From the NCBI RefSeq assembly GCF_020969955.1, contig NZ_JAHDSX010000016.1, forward strand, positions 1 to 32,000: DNA of 32,000 bases, read 5' to 3'. Positions within the stretch are counted from its first letter, which is position 1; each line of letters opens with the position of its first letter. Of the stretch, positions 24,478 through 32,000 are shown in pieces. Origin of the DNA: Allobaculum fili (GTDB lineage: Bacteria; Bacillota_I; Bacilli_A; Erysipelotrichales; Erysipelotrichaceae). The notes beneath the pieces are model-generated. The model was given only the letters and a program-made list of their open reading frames with translations, had not been told where the DNA came from and did no database searches. The translations under genes were made by a program, and so were the position numbers.

Positions 24478-25569
24478 TTAGTTTTCCGCAGGAGCGGCTT
24501 CTGGATTCTCCACTGGCATTTCAGTTTCCGCAGATGGAGTTTCGCCCTCCATAGGCTGATCCGTACCGGACTGCGCATCTTCTGCAGGTGCGTCGGTTTG
24601 AGAAGAGGCATCGCTTTGCAAACTGGATGTGAGCAGCGGCGCCTGCGCTGGAGCATTGTCGTCGGCTTTGGAGCCGGAGACGAGCGTGAAGTAAGAATAT
24701 TCGACGGGGGAATTGATTTTGGCGGGAACATCCACGCAGCCGATGCCGCTGGAAATGGTGTACGGGAAAGAAAGCTTCTGAGACTTGGATCGGTTGATCT
24801 GGGTGCTGCCTTCCACCGTCCGGTAATTGCCGAAAATCGGCCATTTCACCTGCGATCCGTGGGAGTTTCCGCAAAGCGCAAGATCGGGACGAAGCGAAGA
24901 ATTTTGTACCGCAAGCAAATTGTCGGGGAAGTGGGAAAGCATCAGACAATACGTGTCGCCGGGAATGGTGGACGCAATCGCTTCCGGGTCGGGCTGCAGG
25001 CCCAGACCGGCGAGGCGAATGCCGCTGCCCGAACCGTTGGAAAGAAGAACCGAAGCGTTGTCGAGCATTTCGACCTGGCTTCGACCGTAGACGTCATTGA
25101 CTTCGAGAAGACGGTTCATGGACGTCTGATCCTGTTCGCCATAGACGGCGAATTTTCCGCTCGGCGCTTCGACGCGGCTGATCCAGTTCACCATCTGATC
25201 GCGCATTTCACCGCTGACTTCCGCATTTTTCGAGAAGAGATCGCCGCCGATCAGCAGAACGTCCGGATCCAGAGAGGCGATTTCATCAAAGAGTTTATCG
25301 CCTTTTTCAACGGGGAAATTCTCGCCGTATTCGATGTCACTCAGATAGACGATCGAAAGCTGGTTCAGAGAGGCGGGAATTTTCGTCGAACGGATTTGCG
25401 AAAAGTTCGAGTGCACCTGGTAGGGGGCAACGAAAATGCCGTTGTAAAGGGTCAGGGTCAGGCAGGTCATGCAGAATACGGCAATGCCGATCACCCACAT
25501 GGAAATTGTCAGCCACAAAGGCTGTCTTCTTTTTCGGGAATGTACGCGATGCGCGGTTCGTCTGGCCAT
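24478..25569 (-). CDS. membrane-anchored calcineurin-like metallophosphoesterase (YkuE-like) with substituted metal-ligand motifs and a Pro/Ala/Glu-rich tail
   Basis: N-terminal TM. Motif order matches the family: YLSDIEYG, IGGDLF, VYGEQD, LSHFP, CGNSHGSQ. AAAGGAG RBS 8 nt before the ATG at 25569. Confidence 0.75.
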   Translation of the reverse strand: MARRTAHRVHSRKRRQPLWLTISMWVIGIAVFCMTCLTLTLYNGIFVAPYQVHSNFSQIRSTKIPASLNQLSIVYLSDIEYGENFPVEKGDKLFDEIASLDPDVLLIGGDLFSKNAEVSGEMRDQMVNWISRVEAPSGKFAVYGEQDQTSMNRLLEVNDVYGRSQVEMLDNASVLLSNGSGSGIRLAGLGLQPDPEAIASTIPGDTYCLMLSHFPDNLLAVQNSSLRPDLALCGNSHGSQVKWPIFGNYRTVEGSTQINRSKSQKLSFPYTISSGIGCVDVPAKINSPVEYSYFTLVSGSKADDNAPAQAPLLTSSLQSDASSQTDAPAEDAQSGTDQPMEGETPSAETEMPVENPEAAPAEN

Positions 25570-25769
25570 AATCCTGCTCCTTTCGCCTAAAAAATGGGTT
25601 CATGGACAATCTATTATAAATCATTGGCTTCCATAGAGATATCCTCTTTCTTTTTCGAGCAGTGTTCCCGCGGGCGGCGCGTGACCGGCTGGACTAGACG
25701 GACCGGGACCGGGATTCCTGCTCCAGATCGAAACGATGCGGAGAAGAAAAGCTTCAGAGGTATGGAAAA

Positions 25770-25789
25770 GGCGGTCTGTGCAGACCGCC
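25770..25789 (-). terminator. candidate terminator downstream of rnj
   Basis: GGCGGTC...GACCGCC palindrome, followed on the minus strand by CTTTTCC (short T tract). Confidence 0.5.
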
Positions 25790-25847
25790 TGGTAAAAATC
25801 AGAATGAATTTGTGGATCGGCTAAAACCGAGGGCTGGATTCTCTCGA

Positions 25848-27914
25848 TCAGCTGTTTTCCTGCGAAGCCGGTTTGGCGGCGGGTGCAGGTTTGTTTTCCG
25901 CCGATCTGGATCCGTGCACTGCGGCATGGGTCTGGGTATGACCGGCGTTTTTTCTGGCCTGCTGTCTTGCACGATGCTGCGCGGCGAGTTCTTCCATGGC
26001 TTTCTTGGAGTTCAGAATAACCGGAATAACGATCGGGTTGCGGTGCGTCTTTTTATAGAGGAAAGGCTCCAGAGAAGAACGGATGCAGTTTTTGATGTCC
26101 GCGAACGTCGTTCTTTCTTTCAGTCGGGCCTGCAGGTTGGTCGAAACGATGAATTCGGCTTCCTTGAGCAGCGCCTGCGCGTCTTTCAGGAAGACGAAGC
26201 CGCGGCTGACGATAACAGGTCTTGCCAGCAGCTTGTTGGCGCTGGAATCGATCGGAACGATGACAGCCACCAGACCGTTGTCGGCCAGGATGCGGCGGTC
26301 TTTGAGAACCGCGGTAGAAAGACCGGAAATGTCGTTGCCGTCGACGTAAATGTCGTCACCCTGGTAACGCCAGTCGGACTGGATCACTTCGTGGTTGCGC
26401 AGCAGCAGAACGTCGCCGTTGGCGCAGACGAAAATGTTCGATTCCGGAATGCCAAGTTCCATGGCGGACTGACGATGCTGCATTAACATTTTGTGTTCGC
26501 CGTGAATCGGCATGAAGTAACGCGGCTTGATCAGCTGCATCATCAGCTTCTGCTCCTGCTTGGACGCGTGGCCGGTCGTATGCAGGTTGTTGAGCACGGA
26601 TTTGTTCAGAACCGTTGCGCCGGAGCGGAACAGCTTGTCGACAATCTTGTTTACGGAAGCGTCGTTGCCTGGAATCGGGTTGGACGAGAAGACGACGGTA
26701 TCGGTCGGTTTCAGGTGAATGAAGCGGTGGGTACCGTTGACGATGCGGCTGAGCGCGGCGAGCGGTTCGCCCTGGCTTCCGGTGCAGAGAATGCAGATTT
26801 TGTTATCGGGGGTGGTGCGCAGTTCTTCTGGAGACAGAAGATCTTCGTTGCGGATTTTGATAACACCCATTTTGCGTCCGATGTCGACTACATTTTCCAT
26901 CGAGCGGCCAAAGACAGCCACTTTGCGTCCGGTTTTGAGCGCGGCTTCAATAATCTGAGCCACACGGTAAACGTTGGATGCGAACGTCGCGACGATCATA
27001 CGGTGCGGTGTGCTGGCCATAATGCGCAGAATTTCGTTGGAAACGTCCTTTTCCGAAATGGAGAAGCCGTCGACGCCAGAGTTGGTGGAATCCGACATGA
27101 GCAGATCCGGCTTGAGCGCGCCGATGTACGCCATTTTCTGGTAGTCCGCGTTCTGACCGATCGGGGTCAGGTCGAACTTGAAGTCGCCGGTGTGAACGAT
27201 CGTGCCGTTTGGCGTGGTGATCATGACGCCGAGCGAATCCGGAATGGAGTGGATCGTGTTGAAGAAGCCGATGTTGAAGTACTTGGTCTTGATGGCCGAG
27301 TTTTCGTTGATTTCAATAATTGGAACTTTCGGCGCGTCCTTGTGTTCGGAAAGCTTTTTCTCAATGAGGGCTTTCGCGAAGCGCGGTGCGTAAATGGCAT
27401 CGATGTTGACTTGCTTGATCAGAAAGGGAATGCCGCCGATATGGTCTTCGTGACCGTGGGTAATGACAAGGATTTTTCGCTTGTTATTATTGCGGATGAG
27501 GTGGTGATAATCCGGGATGACGTAGTCAACGCCTAACAGATCATCATCCGGGAACAGGACGCCGCAGTCGACGATGGCGATTTCATTGCCCTGTTCGTAG
27601 CAGTACATGTTCTTGCCGACTTCGCCCAGTCCGCCAAGCGCGTAAATCTGCGTATCCGTCGGGAGAACTTTCGTTCGAGTGGACGGACTGCCGATGGCGG
27701 GGACAGGGGAGTGGACAAAAGGCTTGCCGACACCTTTTGAATTGCGGCTGTTTCCGGAATGGCCGGAAGATTTGTGATGCGCCGGATTATTCGATCGGGG
27801 CGCAGAAGTGCTGCGGGGTGCCGGTTTCTTCTGCGCTGCAGGCGCCTTTGGGGCGCGTTCTGCAGAAGAAGGAGCAGCCGCAGTTGACGTGTTGTTAACT
27901 GGTTTTTCGTTCAT
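25848..27914 (-). CDS. rnj: ribonuclease J with ~90-aa low-complexity N-terminal and ~55-aa C-terminal extensions
   Basis: IYALGGLGEVGKNMY, ITHGHEDHIGG (metallo-beta-lactamase HxHxDH), beta-CASP region and HTTGHASKQE. No in-frame ATG lies between 27914 and the catalytic core, so the extension appears to be translated. Confidence 0.92.
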   Translation of the reverse strand: MNEKPVNNTSTAAAPSSAERAPKAPAAQKKPAPRSTSAPRSNNPAHHKSSGHSGNSRNSKGVGKPFVHSPVPAIGSPSTRTKVLPTDTQIYALGGLGEVGKNMYCYEQGNEIAIVDCGVLFPDDDLLGVDYVIPDYHHLIRNNNKRKILVITHGHEDHIGGIPFLIKQVNIDAIYAPRFAKALIEKKLSEHKDAPKVPIIEINENSAIKTKYFNIGFFNTIHSIPDSLGVMITTPNGTIVHTGDFKFDLTPIGQNADYQKMAYIGALKPDLLMSDSTNSGVDGFSISEKDVSNEILRIMASTPHRMIVATFASNVYRVAQIIEAALKTGRKVAVFGRSMENVVDIGRKMGVIKIRNEDLLSPEELRTTPDNKICILCTGSQGEPLAALSRIVNGTHRFIHLKPTDTVVFSSNPIPGNDASVNKIVDKLFRSGATVLNKSVLNNLHTTGHASKQEQKLMMQLIKPRYFMPIHGEHKMLMQHRQSAMELGIPESNIFVCANGDVLLLRNHEVIQSDWRYQGDDIYVDGNDISGLSTAVLKDRRILADNGLVAVIVPIDSSANKLLARPVIVSRGFVFLKDAQALLKEAEFIVSTNLQARLKERTTFADIKNCIRSSLEPFLYKKTHRNPIVIPVILNSKKAMEELAAQHRARQQARKNAGHTQTHAAVHGSRSAENKPAPAAKPASQENS

Positions 27915-28777
27915 TGGAATGGTAGAACAGATCCTTTCTAAAACGGGGCTAAGTCTTAGCCGTCAGGGGGAGTATTCGAAGGTTCTGCGCTCCAGCCGGT
28001 TTCATTCACTCTGGTATCCATAAAATATGGAAACCAAAAGAAAGGACGAAAGGGCAGGGCAGCAGCCGGAAAAGAAAGGAAAAGATTTCCCGTCTGCTTA
28101 AAAAGACGGGAGGATTCGATCCTGATCAACTGGGGTGAATACTGAAAATGCGCAGGCAGGGGGTTCAGTCCTGCAGGCGTGCGCGCAGCGTGCGGGCAGG
28201 GAAGAGGGGTTCTCTTCAGTATGCCGCTTCTTATCTTCTATTTTAGCATAAGGGCAGCCGCTTGCCGGACTGACGAAAGATTTACTAAAAGAAGAAAAGC
28301 GTTTTTGGATTCCTCTTCTTATCGCCTGTTTGATCGCCGGTTCTTTCATCTTCCTAAACGGTTTTTTTCCAGACCATATTTCCGATCCGGTCTTCCTGTT
28401 TTCCCACGCAGAAAGAAACCGGTCCGGCCGGTCTTCTGGAAATCTTTGGATATTGTTGCACAGAATCATTGCTTTTATAGAATTATCGCTCACGATCCGG
28501 ACAGGAAAGACAACCTGAAGTGTTTTTCGACAAGGGCTGTTATGAAATGGATGTTCTCGCATGCAAAGACGCTGCCTCCCCGTCGGTCCAGAAAAAGCCA
28601 GAAAGAGGGAATTTGCAGTCGAGCACAGTGCCCGTAAGGGGAGAGGAAGGAGAAAGTAAGGAGGACGGCGGCAATGAAAAAAGAGTACTCTGATCGACAG
28701 AATACTCCTGGAAAAGACGGTTTTCGAAATTTGACGGGCTCTGCATCGGCGCGGAGGCTTCATCGTTTCTGTTTAAC

Positions 28778-29323
28778 TTATTCCACAACGGTATAGGCTG
28801 CCGGTGCGGGATCGTTTAAATGATCGTAGTAGAGAATGCCCGACAGATGATCGATTTCGTGCTGGAGCACGATCGCCGCATAACCGGTTGCCTGAATGAC
28901 CACGTTGCGGTCGGTGAGCAGATCGTAGCCGCGCACTTTGACCCGGTCGTAGCGGAAGATTTTTCCTGGATGGGCTTCCGGCACGGACAGGCATCCTTCG
29001 CCGTCCGGCAGACACGTCATCATCTTGGAGCGGGAAATGATTTTTGGATTGGCGAGCGCCCATTCGAGGGTCGTGCCGTCATCCGCGTCGACGACAACGG
29101 CGATCATTTTCTTGGGAACGCCGACCTGAATGGCCGCAATGCCGACAGCGGGCGAGAGATTGTTTTTCTCGCACAGTTCTTCATCCTGACTGTCTTTTAC
29201 GTAGCGATGCATCGCGAATAACAGTTCGCGGTCTTCCTCGCTGAGCGGAAGCTCGACATCCGCCGACAGCGAGCGGATTTCGGGCTGATCATCGTGAATA
29301 ATGGAATCATTGGAAAGTACCAT
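28778..29323 (-). CDS. def: peptide deformylase
   Basis: GIAAIQVG (motif 1), EGCLSVP (motif 2) and HEIDHL (motif 3). GGAGGG RBS. Confidence 0.93.
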   Translation of the reverse strand: MVLSNDSIIHDDQPEIRSLSADVELPLSEEDRELLFAMHRYVKDSQDEELCEKNNLSPAVGIAAIQVGVPKKMIAVVVDADDGTTLEWALANPKIISRSKMMTCLPDGEGCLSVPEAHPGKIFRYDRVKVRGYDLLTDRNVVIQATGYAAIVLQHEIDHLSGILYYDHLNDPAPAAYTVVE

Positions 29324-29445
29324 ATTTATGCCCTCCGTTTCCTAAACGGTATTCTAATGGTTTTCTATGGCCCTTTCAAATGCGCAAGAGCCGGTGTCCT
29401 GACGGTATGATAAAATGAAAGTCCATTTAAGGGGGAGTAACTCCA

Positions 29446-30948
29446 ATGAATTCAACAACGGTTTCCCCATCTTCTGCCAAAGGCAGAAAAAAGGGGAAGT
29501 TTGATATAAAAGACTGGCTCGTACCCGCCGGCGGCAGCGATCGCTGGCTGATGGGAGCCGTTATTGTTCTGATGATTTTTGGATCCATGATGGTCCTCAG
29601 TTCCAAACAGGGAACGACCGTGGGCATGACGCGTTCCTACGTTCAGGAAATCCTCAAACAGATTGGATTTGTGGTCGTATCCTGGGGAGCTATGGTCTTC
29701 ATCTCCCGCAAGTTTGACTGGATGAAGCTCTTCAATGCCAAAACGCAAATATTTCTGTGTCTGTTCTATATCCTCCTGCTGTTTGCGGTTCAGCTTGTCG
29801 GTATTGACGTGAACGGTTCGAAGGCGTGGCTTCGTCTTGGGCCTCTCACGATACAGCCATCGGAATTTGGCAAGCCGCTGCTCATTTTGCTTCTGGCGTC
29901 TTCTGCACGAAACGCCGGGAAAAAACATTCGGAACCCATTCCGTTTGGACAGCGATTCTTTCTGCCGCTTTTTCTGCTTCTGATCAGTGTGTTCTTTATC
30001 GGGGGCGCGCAGAAAGACTTTGGTTCGCTGATCATCACGCTGGGCATCGGTCTGGTCGGCCTGCTGGCGACGGCGGATGCGGATCTGACGAAAGTACAGC
30101 GCTATATCGTGATCTTTCTGTTTGTGGTGCTTCTTCTGCTGCTCGTCGGCATTTACTTTTCGGACTGGTTTGTGACGCTGTTTCGAAACGTCCCGCTGCT
30201 TCGCCACATCGCCGTTCGAATCGAGAATATGAAAAATCCTTATATCAATATTCATTTTGAAGGGTATCAGCCGGCCAACGCGCTGTATTCTCTGGGCGAT
30301 GCCGGATTTTTCGGCCGCGGCTTTGGCGGTTCGGTTCGTAAATACGGCTTTCTGACGCAGGCGGAATCCGACTACATCCTCGCGATTGTCATTGAAGAGT
30401 TCGGCTTTTTCGGTCTGCTTCTGATTACGGTCTGCTACTGCATTCTTCTGTGGCGTCTGCTCCACTGGGCTCTGGCGACCGCAAAGCCGCAGTTTAAAGT
30501 CATGCTGCTGTGCTCGGCAGCGTATTTCCTGCTCCACTTCTTCATCAACATCGGCGGCGTCAGCACGCTGATTCCAATGACCGGCGTGCCGCTGCTCTTT
30601 ATTTCGGCCGGCGGTTCCGCTCTGCTTGCGGTCGGTATTGTACTCGGTCTCGATTTTTACGCGATCAGTCAGATTCAGATCGAACAGGAAATCGAAGCGC
30701 AAAAAGAAGCCGAACAGGCCGCGCTTGCAGCCCGCGCGCTCGAAGACGATCTGCAGCTGCAGGCGATGATAGGTATGGGCGAGACAGCTGGACAGGAATT
30801 TGCGTACACTGAGCCGGAACGCACGAGCGGCGTGCTTCACGCGCGTTCGGTACGACGGAGTGTCACGCACGATTCGCCTGCGGCGAAAACCGGAACTTCA
30901 AGAGGAAGAAACGCGGGAACACGCAGCCGGAAAAAGAGAACGCGCTAG
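29446..30948 (+). CDS. SEDS-family peptidoglycan polymerase (FtsW/RodA/SpoVE) with ~90-aa charged C-terminal extension
   Basis: About 10-TM profile, PSEFGKPLLIL and TGVPLLFISAGGSALL motifs. AAGGGGGAG RBS. Confidence 0.88.
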   Translation: MNSTTVSPSSAKGRKKGKFDIKDWLVPAGGSDRWLMGAVIVLMIFGSMMVLSSKQGTTVGMTRSYVQEILKQIGFVVVSWGAMVFISRKFDWMKLFNAKTQIFLCLFYILLLFAVQLVGIDVNGSKAWLRLGPLTIQPSEFGKPLLILLLASSARNAGKKHSEPIPFGQRFFLPLFLLLISVFFIGGAQKDFGSLIITLGIGLVGLLATADADLTKVQRYIVIFLFVVLLLLLVGIYFSDWFVTLFRNVPLLRHIAVRIENMKNPYINIHFEGYQPANALYSLGDAGFFGRGFGGSVRKYGFLTQAESDYILAIVIEEFGFFGLLLITVCYCILLWRLLHWALATAKPQFKVMLLCSAAYFLLHFFINIGGVSTLIPMTGVPLLFISAGGSALLAVGIVLGLDFYAISQIQIEQEIEAQKEAEQAALAARALEDDLQLQAMIGMGETAGQEFAYTEPERTSGVLHARSVRRSVTHDSPAAKTGTSRGRNAGTRSRKKRTR

Positions 30949-31110
30949 GCAGGGCGCAATCTGTGCTCGGCACGAGACGGTGAGCGGCGCAGCCGCAGCG
31001 CCATTTAGACAAAAATTAATAGATACGAAAATCGAATAGAAGATAAGCAACTCGAATCGATAAGAAGGCGGTCTGGGAAAATCATTCCAGACCCCGGAAA
31101 GGATACGCGT

Positions 31111-31620
31111 ATGATCGGAGCCTTTGCCGGATCGTTTGATCCGCCTACCGTAGGGCATGAAGATACGATTCGCCGCGCCGCGGCGGTTTTTGAAGAAGTG
31201 ATCGTTCTGGTCGCTTCCAACTCCCTCAAGCACAATCTGCTCGAACCCGAACGGCGCGTGGAACTGCTCAAAGCCATTTGCGCGGATCTGAAAAATGTCC
31301 GTGTTGAGCTCTGCCCCGGACTGACGGTGGAGAGCGCCAAAGCAGCGGGGGCCAATGTGCTGATCCGCTCGATGCGCAATCCTTCCGATTACGAAGGGGA
31401 AGCGGCCAACGCCTGGGCCAACACAAAACTGGATTCAGGAATGGACACCGTCTTTCTGCTTGGCGATCCGGCGTATTCGATGATTTCCTCGACGACGGTG
31501 CGCGAGTTTCTGAAATACCATCAGAGCATTGAATCGATGGTTCCGCGCTGCGTATTCGAAGCACTTCAGCCCGAACTGGCGCATTCGCAATCGGCCAATT
31601 CGGACCTCCAGATCGGATAG
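31111..31620 (+). CDS. coaD: phosphopantetheine adenylyltransferase
   Basis: GSFDPPTVGHED (nucleotidyltransferase HxGH-type motif), RSMRNPSDYE and ISSTTVRE. GAAAGGA RBS. Confidence 0.92.
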   Translation: MIGAFAGSFDPPTVGHEDTIRRAAAVFEEVIVLVASNSLKHNLLEPERRVELLKAICADLKNVRVELCPGLTVESAKAAGANVLIRSMRNPSDYEGEAANAWANTKLDSGMDTVFLLGDPAYSMISSTTVREFLKYHQSIESMVPRCVFEALQPELAHSQSANSDLQIG

Positions 31621-31951
31621 AAACCGCCGGACAAATCGGGGTACAAAAACGAGGTCCATTTGTCCTCCGACAAAATGGGCGTGCAAGCTGCAGGCTTTCG
31701 CACTTTGCGATGCGCCTCAAAACTCGCTACACTCAGTTCAGTGCCTTCTGTTCTTTCTGTTTTTTCCATTAAAATTGAAATGAATCTTCACAGCGGTCCA
31801 TGATCGCTGTTTCTTCCTGTCGGCCGTGCATGCAGCCGGCAGATTTTTCGAAAGCACCTATTGTATAAAGAAGAAACTTTGTGCATTTTACAAAATCCCA
31901 AAATAAAATATGCCGCACAAATATGCGGCTTGACTGAAAGGAGCATCCCGA

Positions 31952-32000
31952 ATGAGAACACTGACCGACTGGGTTCGAGAACGCGGCTATGAACCGCACA
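31952..32000 (+). CDS. 5' end of an unidentified CDS running out of the window
   Basis: ATG at 31952 with AAAGGAG 8 nt upstream; open to the window edge (MRTLTDWVRERGYEPH...). Only 16 codons are visible. Confidence 0.35.
   Translation, partial: MRTLTDWVRERGYEPH

Noticed and set aside
28098-28763. 221-aa minus-strand ORF in the def-rnj spacer
   Set aside because: Arg/Cys/Phe/Ser/Pro-rich, with no RBS, motif or TM pattern, and overlapped by other equally poor ORFs.
27915-28777. fmt pseudogene, rpoY (ykzG) small gene, or tmRNA/SRP RNA in the def-rnj spacer
   Set aside because: None of the three minus-strand frames shows Fmt N-terminal motifs (FMGTP..., TQPD.P.GRG). No RBS-preceded ORF of 60-70 aa lies upstream of rnj. 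The resemblance of GCAGCAGCC to SRP domain IV, and of GGATTCGA to the tmRNA 5' end, is too short to count.
1-32000. CRISPR arrays, rRNA genes, prophage or integrase genes, additional defence genes (CD-NTase, Cap2/Cap3, restriction-modification, Cas)
   Set aside because: No regularly spaced 25-40-bp repeats and no rRNA-like sequence are present. None of the ORF translations carries integrase, cyclase or nuclease-helicase signatures that I can recognise.

Overview
This is a chromosomal segment of a Bacillota (Firmicutes)-type genome. Supporting this are a type-B RNase P RNA, the gpsB / recU-ponA cell-division neighbourhood and AGGAGG-type ribosome-binding sites on almost every gene. Most of the window is housekeeping: UgtP-like glycosyltransferase, plsY, tRNA-Asn, Cof-type HAD, mntP, a CaCA antiporter, nitroreductase, ponA, recU, gpsB, rnpB, thiT, a TIM-barrel/yqeG/vanW operon, an MBOAT-DHHW pair, a metallophosphoesterase, rnj, def, a SEDS protein and coaD. 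The clearly accessory content sits at the left edge. There, the right-hand part of an IS21-family element (istA fragment, istB) runs into the 3' end of a gene for a TIR(CAP12-type)-STING fusion, a CBASS-type NADase effector. No CD-NTase cyclase is present anywhere in the window, so this orphan, IS-abutted TIR-STING is the best candidate for an unusual defence locus. Second is a 466-aa orphan protein (9845-11245) with a MazF/PemK-like toxin domain fused to about 300 extra residues ending in a strongly acidic tail. A decayed ISL3-family element with a 9-bp target duplication lies between the vanW operon and thiT. Three ORF-less stretches are unusually long (about 750, 1030 and 860 bp) and contain repeats and hairpins I cannot assign. 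All domain calls come from motif recognition by eye; no searches were run.
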